From Barthelona sp. PAP020 (lineage: Eukaryota): DNA of 36,549 bases. Numbering within the stretch: position 1 is the stretch's first letter; every line of letters starts with the position of its first letter. The notes beneath the pieces are model-generated. The model had not been told where the DNA came from. It made no database searches and saw only the letters and a program-made list of their open reading frames with translations. The translations under genes and the position numbers were made by a program. Positions 1 through 8,755 of this stretch are shown here, piece by piece. Where the stretch lies: assembly GCA_040182905.1 (NCBI GenBank), contig JARQWU010000084.1:1-36549 (forward strand). Reading direction: 5' to 3'.

Positions 1-438
1 TTGAAAGATTGGACGATATTGAATCCCTAAAAAAAAAAGAAATGACTTCAATAACTTTGGATAGAAAATTTGATTAAGGAAATTCAGACAATGGTTGAAG
101 ATTTCTTTTGGAATCTTTCAAGATAAATTTTGATTGTTCTTCTCTTGGTTTCCTGATGAAACCTTGTTATTCCTTGCTTCCCTACTATGTACATTTGTAT
201 CCTTCTTAACATAAATCATTTGATTTTTTGCTGTCATTTTGCTTTCAATTCTGATATCTTTTGATATCAGAAATTGCAAGAAAAAATTTTAAATTCATTT
301 GAATTGTCTTTTGCGTGAAATCTCTCCATTTTACTGTAGGCACATATTATTTCTCAAAATTCACAGTTTGAAGAAAAGAAGATTGGGCACCATTCAATGA
401 AATGTTACAACCAATAAAAAACCGACATTATTTAAACT

Positions 439-2013
439 TTACAAACCTGATGGCACAAATTCTTGAATCGGTGTTTCAGGATCACCATGACCACTACACA
501 ATAAACGAGTTCCATTGTGATTGAGGGTCATTGCCCAAACACAATATGGCACACTCACTTTCTGAATTACTTGACCCAATTCTCTCTGACACACAGCAAA
601 AGATTTGTCATAAGAACAAGAATATATCAAAGAGTTATCGTGAGAAAAGATTACACTCCATACCCAATTATCATTATGAACACAGTATTTTTCCAACAAC
701 TCTCTAGACTCAACATCAAACACCCTAATAACACCTACACTATCACCAGTTGCCCAATAAACACCATCTGATGAAAAAATACCTGATCCAACCCAATTTC
801 CATCATGAGTCCATGTATGAAGCTCTTCATATTGCTCCAACGAAAATAATTTTGAACATCCATCCCAACTGACAGAAGCAAAGTGTTTCATATCAGGACT
901 AATGCATACAGCATTAATATTATCTGAATGGGAATGAAACTCGAGCAACTTTTCCCCTTTAACTGCATATAAAGCAATGTACCCGCATGTCATACCAACT
1001 AGAATCAATTTACAATCACAAGAAAGCCACAAATCTTCAATAGCCTTTTTCAAACCATCAATTATACAAATTACATTCCAAGTGTCAACTTCCAAAATAT
1101 ATATTGTACGAAAAGCTCCAATAGCTAATATTTTAGAGTCTGAACTAAAACTGAGACCATGAAGCTTATTATACTCATTTTCAAACACAATTTCATAAGT
1201 TTGAACGGAATAGACTCTAACAATCTTGTTCTTATAATCTGCCACAGCAAAAAACCGACCATCAGAACTATAGTCTAATGCCCAAATCTCAGCCTTTGGA
1301 AAAGTTTGACTGAAAACAGGAATCTCTTCAAATTTTTTTACATTATATACAACTGAGTGCACATTCGACATTTCATCATTTTCATTCATATCCTCAATAC
1401 CTCTTATGCAAATTGATTTGTTGTGATTTTTATTTACTTCCTCTTTCCCCAATTCTTCAATTAACTTTTGATCGATTTGAAACAAATGTGCAGCAATTTT
1501 ATCAACAATAATTTCCGTTAGCATACTAATAGGGTTTATTGTATTTGGAAAAATTATCAGAAAGTCGGTTGAAATATCATCAAATTGTTCATGAAATTGT
1601 TTAATCATTTTTAAATCACTAGTATCAAGGATATTTTCACCCAATGACCAACGATTCATATTATTTTCAATGATCCCGTCAAATAATTTGCAAATCTCAT
1701 AAAAAAGACTTAAACACTGTTTGAATTTTATAGTAATCAACATAAATGATTCATTACGTAATATTTCTTCAAAATTTGAACACAACCAAAGAATTCTAAA
1801 ATATAAAACCAAAGCCTCATTTTGCACCTTTTTATTGTTTATAAATGCAGTAGAAAGCTTTGTCACAACAGAAAAAACGGGTATTTCATATGCTGAAAGA
1901 AAACTAAAAATTGAATTGAATTCAATCAATTCTATAACTTGAGAAAACTCAATAAAATTATTATTAGCGACTTCCACAAGCAAATTTTGACAATCTTCCA
2001 AAGGATTCAACAT
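439..2013 (-). CDS. WD40-repeat protein with N-terminal helical region
   Basis: 524-aa ORF. The C-terminal half has repeated WD40 units (HSDNINAVCISPDMKHFASVSWDG, HNDNWVWSVIFSHDNSLIYSCSYDK, FSSDGVYWATGDSVGVIRVFD). Confidence 0.85.
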   Translation of the reverse strand: MLNPLEDCQNLLVEVANNNFIEFSQVIELIEFNSIFSFLSAYEIPVFSVVTKLSTAFINNKKVQNEALVLYFRILWLCSNFEEILRNESFMLITIKFKQCLSLFYEICKLFDGIIENNMNRWSLGENILDTSDLKMIKQFHEQFDDISTDFLIIFPNTINPISMLTEIIVDKIAAHLFQIDQKLIEELGKEEVNKNHNKSICIRGIEDMNENDEMSNVHSVVYNVKKFEEIPVFSQTFPKAEIWALDYSSDGRFFAVADYKNKIVRVYSVQTYEIVFENEYNKLHGLSFSSDSKILAIGAFRTIYILEVDTWNVICIIDGLKKAIEDLWLSCDCKLILVGMTCGYIALYAVKGEKLLEFHSHSDNINAVCISPDMKHFASVSWDGCSKLFSLEQYEELHTWTHDGNWVGSGIFSSDGVYWATGDSVGVIRVFDVESRELLEKYCVHNDNWVWSVIFSHDNSLIYSCSYDKSFAVCQRELGQVIQKVSVPYCVWAMTLNHNGTRLLCSGHGDPETPIQEFVPSGL

Positions 2014-2422
2014 TTAAAAAAAAAAAATTTTCAATTAACCAACAACGTGTTACTCTTATTTATTTTTAACCTTCTATTTTGATAAGTAAATCTATTCAAC
2101 GCACAAAAATATTAACCCCAAATTATTCAAAAAGAAATTTTTACAAACACGATTATTATATCTTGAACATGAATAATTCTTTGAGATTTGAATTCACCCA
2201 ACAAAAATGAAGCTTAAAGATCTTTGTGAATTTTTCAATATGTCCACTCAATGTGAGTTCAGTTTTTTTTTTTGTACGAACCGTGGCGTTTTGCTCTATA
2301 TGCTTTTAAATATGTTACAAAACATATCTTTATAAAAATTCAGGCCTTAATAACTTCTTTAAAACAAACAAAGCTTTTTTATTTTTTAAGTGATATCTAT
2401 GAAATTTTATATCAAATATTAA

Positions 2423-5400
2423 ATGCCAGCCATATCTGATCAATTATTTTCGACAATTTGTCGAGTTAAAGAAAATATTAATCAACAAAATTTGGACAAC
2501 AACATTAATGAAACCATAACATGTGATGAAGAGAATAATATTATTACATTATTTAATCCCAACAGTTTTATAACAAGGGATATCAATTCTTTTCCGCCTT
2601 ATCGATATATATTTGATGATGTATTTCACAATTCAGATAACGAAAAAATATATGAATTTAATTTGTTCAAGACTATTGAAAGGTTTTTAAATGATGAAAA
2701 TGGAAGTATCATTTTGATTGGACCAAAAAATACCGATAAATCTTCAATATTGACAGGAGATGAATATAATCCAGGTATATGTGAAATAGCAATACGACGT
2801 ATTTTAGAAGAATTAAACTATATGAATGAAGAAGATGTTGAAACGAAATTATTTTGTAGTTTTTCTATATTAGTTAATGGAAGAATGATTGACTTGTTAA
2901 ATGGGGAATATGTAAATCTTTGTGATACGTCTGATTATGGAATTAGCACATCTGCTTCAACAATTGAAATCAACACTGTTCCCCAATTTTTACGTCATAT
3001 GATTCACGCTTTTCGTCGAATTAAACCAATCATTGTAAGCTACCTGACCGATTATTATCCCAAACAAGACTTACCCAACTATACAGATATTGCACACCAT
3101 TTAATTGTAAATTTTCATATTATGGAGACTTTCAATGAAGAAATTTCATTGTCTACACCATCTTTGAAGATTAATAGTGAACTGCTAGGAACTTCTAAGA
3201 TACCTTTCATTCACGATTTGAAAAGGTCAAAAAAAATTCATCGGAGATCGTTATCCTTTGTTGAAACATGTTCTGCTCTTGAAAAGGATTATTGGAATGC
3301 GAATTCTGATGCTGCTTCTTCAGCAAAAACTGATCTCAATGCTCTTGAGGCTGTTTTCAGGGCAATCTCTGAACGTGTGAATGAACATTCACATGTACCT
3401 TTTAGGAACAGTTTATTAACTCTGTTGTTAAGAGATTCATTGTTATCTGGAAATACCACCTTAGTTTCAACTGTATCTTGTGCTATTCCTCAGTATAATT
3501 TTGCTTTATCAACTTTACAAAGATTTATGCGATTGAGGATGTTATTAGGGAAGACTAAAGAAGATGGTGAATTGTTAATTAGTTTATCTTTGCAATATCC
3601 TCAAGGATTTGCTCCAGAAATTCAAATGTCGACAAAATTTTTATCCACTTTTTCAAGTCCACTACATATCACAGGTTTTGAAAATGGAACCACTGATTAT
3701 CAACATGTTCGTGATTTTGGAAAATCTTCCTTTTCAAATGTCAATATTGATGATGTAAAAGAAAACGATCGTTCTGTTAAATTTGATCTTTCAAAGAATG
3801 TTGAAATAACTGAAACAAAGGATTATTTGTTTTCAAAAGAAAATCAAAGGGGCCAAAATCAAAATGTTGTATTGCCTGAGAATGAATCAAAGGAAACATT
3901 GTATTTTAATGAACAACAATCCAAACAAACGTCAAAAAACAGTACTTTTCAACCTGCAACATCTGTTCAAACTTTTGAAAAACCTCAAGATATGATGACT
4001 GAAAAAATTGAATTTGGACATACAAAACCTTCAAAAAAACAAATAGAAACTGATAATCAACAAGAGATGAAAGAAAAACGTCAAATTCAAACCAAAAATA
4101 AATTTGCAAATCAAAAACCACTGGAACAAAGAGCTGTGGAACAGTCATATTTTAATGAATGGGAAAAAGATGAAGTTGATCAAATTATTACAAAATCTGA
4201 TAATTTTTTTGATTTTGAGAGTTCAAGAGTGAAAGATAGTGTTGATGAACCATTTGAATCTTTAACCGATAAAAACAATGAAAAAAAGAAGTTTTCGAGT
4301 GAAAATTTTTACGGTCAAAGAAATGAACCTCACAAGACTTCATTCAATGATAATCAACCATACCACAGAATTGTTGATGCAACTATTCCATTTTATAATG
4401 ATGAGAAAGCAAATGTAAAGAACAACACGGTATTAAATGATTCTAATGATCAAAAGAATGGGATTAATCATCAGCATGATGAAACTTCAATCAAAAATGC
4501 AAAGAAAGGATACAACGTTCACAATCATTCTAACCCCTCAACTTCATCACTTTTACCTGAACCAGAATTAGAGAATATTTCATCTCAATCTCAATCTCAC
4601 ATTGATGCCACCTTATATGATATTCATAAGCTTCGAGAAAATGCATCAAAACAAGCAGAAAGACTAAAATTGCTGTCTCCTGGTAAAGAAAGCAGAAAAT
4701 CTTCTTTTTCTGAAACTGTTCCTGATTATTATGACAAAGATTCCACTTCTCATATATCAAGAACTATCAATAAAACGGTTGATACATCCAATGAAAAAAA
4801 AAGAGTGAAAATCAGTGATAGAAAGATGATTTCTGAAGGTTTTCAAGCATCCAATGATAATTCATCTGTAAAAACATCCAAAATGAATTTTTCAACAGTT
4901 AGAAGCCCAATAAAAACTCATTTAGATTCAGTCATTGAGGCTGCCAAAATGAGAGAAAAAGTTGCAAAATTATTGGCTAAAATTTCTGAATTGGAAAATG
5001 AAAATGAAATTTTACGACAAGAAAAGATTCAAGAACTGGAAGAGAAGAAAAATCTAAAATTATTGTTACAACAAAGAGAGTCAAAGCTTCATAAACTTTT
5101 GGAACAAAAATTATCACTTGAAGAAAGTTTACAAATAACAAATCATCAATTATTGCACAATAAGAAGGCAATACAAACATTGAATGAACAAAGTCAAAAG
5201 CTATCGTCACATTTAACAGCTGGCGCTTCTCCTTTAAATCAATCTCTTCAAAAACAATTAACTCAAGTAAAAAAAGAACTTGACAATGAGATATTCAAAA
5301 ATAAGCAATTAAATAATGAGCTTCATTATCTTTCAAAAGAAAATATTAGCCTACAAACAGAATTGGAAACTTTTAAAAAAATATATGATGAGTTAGTTCA

Positions 5401-5494
5401 ACATTCAGATAACACAAGGCAAAAATTTCTAGAATTCGCTTACAACACAAAGAATAACTGTTCCAATATCTTTTTCAATGAGAATGAGGTGTGA
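2423..5494 (+). CDS. Divergent kinesin-like protein (degenerate N-terminal motor domain, low-complexity linker, C-terminal coiled coil)
   Basis: Kinesin motifs appear in the expected order: YIFDDVF, ENGSIILIG, PGICEIA, DLL, LNALEAVFRAI and HVPFRNSLLTLLLRDSL (cf. HVPYRDSKLTRLLQDSL). The tail is heptad-rich. Confidence 0.8.
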   Translation: MPAISDQLFSTICRVKENINQQNLDNNINETITCDEENNIITLFNPNSFITRDINSFPPYRYIFDDVFHNSDNEKIYEFNLFKTIERFLNDENGSIILIGPKNTDKSSILTGDEYNPGICEIAIRRILEELNYMNEEDVETKLFCSFSILVNGRMIDLLNGEYVNLCDTSDYGISTSASTIEINTVPQFLRHMIHAFRRIKPIIVSYLTDYYPKQDLPNYTDIAHHLIVNFHIMETFNEEISLSTPSLKINSELLGTSKIPFIHDLKRSKKIHRRSLSFVETCSALEKDYWNANSDAASSAKTDLNALEAVFRAISERVNEHSHVPFRNSLLTLLLRDSLLSGNTTLVSTVSCAIPQYNFALSTLQRFMRLRMLLGKTKEDGELLISLSLQYPQGFAPEIQMSTKFLSTFSSPLHITGFENGTTDYQHVRDFGKSSFSNVNIDDVKENDRSVKFDLSKNVEITETKDYLFSKENQRGQNQNVVLPENESKETLYFNEQQSKQTSKNSTFQPATSVQTFEKPQDMMTEKIEFGHTKPSKKQIETDNQQEMKEKRQIQTKNKFANQKPLEQRAVEQSYFNEWEKDEVDQIITKSDNFFDFESSRVKDSVDEPFESLTDKNNEKKKFSSENFYGQRNEPHKTSFNDNQPYHRIVDATIPFYNDEKANVKNNTVLNDSNDQKNGINHQHDETSIKNAKKGYNVHNHSNPSTSSLLPEPELENISSQSQSHIDATLYDIHKLRENASKQAERLKLLSPGKESRKSSFSETVPDYYDKDSTSHISRTINKTVDTSNEKKRVKISDRKMISEGFQASNDNSSVKTSKMNFSTVRSPIKTHLDSVIEAAKMREKVAKLLAKISELENENEILRQEKIQELEEKKNLKLLLQQRESKLHKLLEQKLSLEESLQITNHQLLHNKKAIQTLNEQSQKLSSHLTAGASPLNQSLQKQLTQVKKELDNEIFKNKQLNNELHYLSKENISLQTELETFKKIYDELVQHSDNTRQKFLEFAYNTKNNCSNIFFNENEV

Positions 5495-5636
5495 AAAATA
5501 ATTAAATAAATAAATAATTTCAATTTCATAGTAAATGCATTCTTGGTTTATTAATTTTGAACAAAAAACACATGTTGAAAGTGTCAGAAATGTTTTTTTA
5601 AGATCTTCTTTTGTAATTTTTTTTTCTTTAATTGCA

Positions 5637-6134
5637 ATGTATAATGGTGTAGGATATTTATCAGTTAAAGGAAAAGGTACAAGTGGGTATGTTCAACAAA
5701 ATTTGGCAAAAAATCTGAGAAGACCCATTAATTTTGAGGATGACAGTTTTTCTTCCAAATTCGATATTTCCTCCGATGACAAAATATTAGAAAATGTGAA
5801 AATGGCAAAAGCTTTTGGGATTGATCCAAATAAACCATTATTTCAAGATGATGATGAAAATAAAATTGAAAATGTTCAAAATTTATCCATTTTAAAAAAG
5901 AAAAAACGTGTCAAAAAGCGCATTAAAAAACATATAAAAATCAGTGAATTTAAAGATCGGTATCCAGATTTGATATCAAATGTAGAAAATAAAAATTTAC
6001 AATCTGAAGACACTTTAAAGATACCTGAAAAAGAAAAGGGTGAACAAAAAAGCGGATATAAAAGAGATTTTGAAAAAGAGAAGTTGTTTTCTGATGAATT
6101 GGAGCCTGGTCAAATAATTTTGGTAAAAAAATAG
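5637..6134 (+). CDS. CWC21: Cwc21/SRRM2-like spliceosomal protein
   Basis: MYNGVGYLSVKGKGTSGYVQQNLA matches the conserved Cwc21/SRRM2 N-terminus (MYNGIGLxTPRGSGTNGYVQRNL). KAFGI follows later. I moved the start from 5535 to the ATG at 5637. Confidence 0.75.
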   Translation: MYNGVGYLSVKGKGTSGYVQQNLAKNLRRPINFEDDSFSSKFDISSDDKILENVKMAKAFGIDPNKPLFQDDDENKIENVQNLSILKKKKRVKKRIKKHIKISEFKDRYPDLISNVENKNLQSEDTLKIPEKEKGEQKSGYKRDFEKEKLFSDELEPGQIILVKK

Positions 6135-6235
6135 AATTGATAAATGTTTTCAGTTATTGTTTATTATTATCAGTTTAAAATTACATCATGGAATCGAAAA
6201 AAAATAAAATTCTTTTCATTTTTTTTTGACATGAC

Positions 6236-6931
6236 ATGAGAAAAAAAAAAGAACCAATTGCAAGTGTGCATGAAATATCTGATTTTCGATCTTTTAAGAT
6301 ATGTCCATCATTATCACCATTCTATTATTCAAATCTTCAATATTTTGGCTGCGAACATTTTCCAATGAAAGGAAAGACACAAAAAAATGCAGATTTATCG
6401 AAACTTGACACATTAACAACGACTCCTATTCAACCTTTCAAAGAGGATGGAACTTGTCTAAATTTTCCACCTTCCAAAGTTAATCACGTTGAATTAGTTT
6501 ATTTATTTGAGGAGTGTTTTAAAGAATTTCCAGGTGGTGTTTGTTTACATGAAATTGTTCAATATGTTAAAGCTAATGAAAATCGTTTGAAGAAATCGAA
6601 AAATTTTACAACCATTCAAAATGCAGTTTCCAACTTTTTAAGTCAACAAAAGAATGATTTGGTCCAAAAAATACCTGGTTTATATCAAAGGAAAGCAAAT
6701 AAGACCTTTATTGTTCGACAGGTCAACTTAAAAAAAGAATTTCCAAAATATTTGGAGTATGGAAGAGCATACAGTAAACCTGAATTACTTCAAATAATTG
6801 AAGACAGCTTTCCTGAAATTGCCGAGCCTGAGCCAGAATTAAGGAGGTTATTATTACCTCGTAAAGATACCATCCCGTTATTTTCAAGGACAAATAATGG
6901 TTTATTTCAATTAGTTGATAAAGAGACCTGA
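6236..6931 (+). CDS. Hypothetical protein with two probable winged-helix/HTH domains (start may be 6365)
   Basis: 231-aa ORF. GVCLHEIVQYV...IQNAVSNFLS...PGLY resembles forkhead/HARE-type winged helices. LEYGRAYSKPEL...LRRLLL...LFSRTNNG resembles DUF2087-like winged helices. Confidence 0.5.
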   Translation: MRKKKEPIASVHEISDFRSFKICPSLSPFYYSNLQYFGCEHFPMKGKTQKNADLSKLDTLTTTPIQPFKEDGTCLNFPPSKVNHVELVYLFEECFKEFPGGVCLHEIVQYVKANENRLKKSKNFTTIQNAVSNFLSQQKNDLVQKIPGLYQRKANKTFIVRQVNLKKEFPKYLEYGRAYSKPELLQIIEDSFPEIAEPEPELRRLLLPRKDTIPLFSRTNNGLFQLVDKET

Positions 6932-7167
6932 TTTTTTTTCTTTTTTCTTTTTCCAGTTTTTGAACTGTTGCAAAATGAGAATACTATTTAATAAAAAAAC
7001 ATTCATTTAAATTATTTATACATAAAAATGAACAATCGATGTTTGAATCGAAAAAAAAACTTATAATCAAAGTTCTCAAAAAAATATCACCATCTCAGGC
7101 TAACTACTTTTCATCACAGAAAAATTTTTAATCCTAATTCAAACTAATAAGAACAAATTCATTTTGC

Positions 7168-7269
7168 TCATTTTCTTGTATCTTGACAATTGTTTTGAGT
7201 ATTTTGAGTATTTTGAGTGTTTTGAGTGTTTTGTGGTCTAGGCACAAAAGTGAAAGGACGTCAACCCAT
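7168..7269 (-). other. Candidate small ORF with in-frame TGA at codon 3 (MG*RPFTFVPRPQNTQNTQNTQNTQNNCQDTRK): selenopeptide, readthrough product or pseudogene
   Basis: Reads ATG GGT TGA, then 30 sense codons, then TGA. The internal 9-bp repeat varies only at a synonymous Asn position in this frame. Confidence 0.35.
7191..7235. repeat. 9-bp tandem repeat (TRTTTTGAG), about 5 copies
   Basis: tgttttgag tattttgag tattttgag tgttttgag tgttttgtg, read directly. Confidence 0.9.
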
Positions 7270-7519
7270 CTTTAGAAATTCTTTTAAATAAAAAAAAAGG
7301 TAAAGAAATTTGAAAAAAAATTCTCCGTTTGTCTTGCTTTTTCAATTATAGAACAGGTTTCTTTAACAAAATCAGGATAAATTTGGAAAAATTTCTTTCC
7401 TTTACACATAATTATTTTTCAAGAGTTTCAAGAATTCGAAAAAAAGAAAAGAACATAAACATTTCATAATAAAAGAAACTACTACGTATTTATATTATAT
7501 ATATCAACATCAATAAAAT

Positions 7520-8539
7520 CTATTGAACAACAAAGGACTGTAAAAGATTAGGAAGAATATCTAAATATGTTTTCATCAAATGATAATCAATGGACAGAAA
7601 AGAAGGTGTACTGATGCCAAAGACCTTATTTGACACCTGATATAAAGAATTTTTTCCATCTTCTATCAAAATCCAGTAGATACTACCAGCAGGTAGCATT
7701 AGTTCATCATCAGAATACATTGCATTTATTAAACTCTCTCTAGCTATTCTGTCTCTTTTTTCTGTATCAAAATACGAATTGATGGCTGAACCATTTGTTT
7801 CTGCAACAACATCTCGAACCAAATCATCAAAAAGAACAAACCCATGATAACTGGCAGAAGCCACAGGATCAGACTGAATGATAAAACTGATTGAGTTGTG
7901 ACTTAAAAAATCAAAAACTTCAGGTGAAGTCTTTTGATGAATGGAGGCTGGGACAGCAAATCCAAAGTTCTGAATAATCACCCTCGAACGAATTTCAAAT
8001 CGTCTAGCTTCTAAAAATACAGATAACCATGCTCCAACACCAGCACCCAATGAATGACCAACTATATACAACCTCTTCAAATCTGGATTTAACAAAAAAG
8101 AATCTGGAATCAAATTTGATAGTTTTTGTCCTCCATTAAGCATACCCTCATGACCTGACAAAATAACATCATTATCATGAAACGAACAATTCATTTGAAC
8201 GGGTCGCATTCGTAAATCTGACAAAATATCCTTTGCATCATCAGTTCCTCTGATACAAATGAATGATTCTCCTTCATTATTGATTGATGTAACATAAAAA
8301 TAAGGCATTTCAACGTCAGATTTCAGATTTTTGAATAAAACATCGTCAGGAGCATCAAAATCATATACATTATTAGCTAAAATTGCTGATTGTAATGATA
8401 AATGAATATAATCAGTTGGAAATATAGCTTCTTGTTTGAATTCTTTTCTTACTGATAAAATTGATGCAGTAACTGATGGTGAAATCAAAGCTTTATTAGA
8501 AGCATATGATTGTAGCAAAGAAGTGAGTTTCGAAAACAT
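7520..8539 (-). CDS. Class 3 lipase (alpha/beta hydrolase)
   Basis: ICIRGT..DILSDL lid region, HEGM, VGHSLGAGVG nucleophile elbow, SDPV (Asp) and DYHLM (His). Confidence 0.9.
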   Translation of the reverse strand: MFSKLTSLLQSYASNKALISPSVTASILSVRKEFKQEAIFPTDYIHLSLQSAILANNVYDFDAPDDVLFKNLKSDVEMPYFYVTSINNEGESFICIRGTDDAKDILSDLRMRPVQMNCSFHDNDVILSGHEGMLNGGQKLSNLIPDSFLLNPDLKRLYIVGHSLGAGVGAWLSVFLEARRFEIRSRVIIQNFGFAVPASIHQKTSPEVFDFLSHNSISFIIQSDPVASASYHGFVLFDDLVRDVVAETNGSAINSYFDTEKRDRIARESLINAMYSDDELMLPAGSIYWILIEDGKNSLYQVSNKVFGISTPSFLSIDYHLMKTYLDILPNLLQSFVVQ

Positions 8540-8755
8540 AATAAAACATCAATATTAATTTTTGTAAAACGCAAGGAAAACCACAACTTCTCAAATATTT
8601 TTTGTTCTCTTTCCCAATTTATTGACCTTCATTAGTAAACCATAACAACCTAATAATTCATTAAACAATGGTCCCAACACTTTTGTGAAATATCAAAAAA
8701 TAAAGAAACCAATTTATGTATATATGAAAAAAATTATAATTATGATAAAGACTAA

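Noticed and set aside
1..237. Minus-strand frame with NLS*KIPKEIFNHCLNFL (F-box-like) after an in-frame TGA
   Set aside because: It is short and truncated by the window edge, and the + strand gives equally plausible broken frames. I cannot tell it from chance.
249..272. Hairpin TTCTGATATC-TTTT-GATATCAGAA
   Set aside because: An isolated AT-rich 10-bp stem with no second copy, target-site duplication or ncRNA motif.
2207..2335. 42-codon ORF MKLKDLCEFF... in the divergent intergenic region
   Set aside because: It runs through a poly-T tract, has no motif, and has intergenic-like composition.
7191..7235. 9-bp repeat as a CRISPR or telomeric array
   Set aside because: There are no spacers or cas genes, the context is eukaryotic, and there are only five internal copies.
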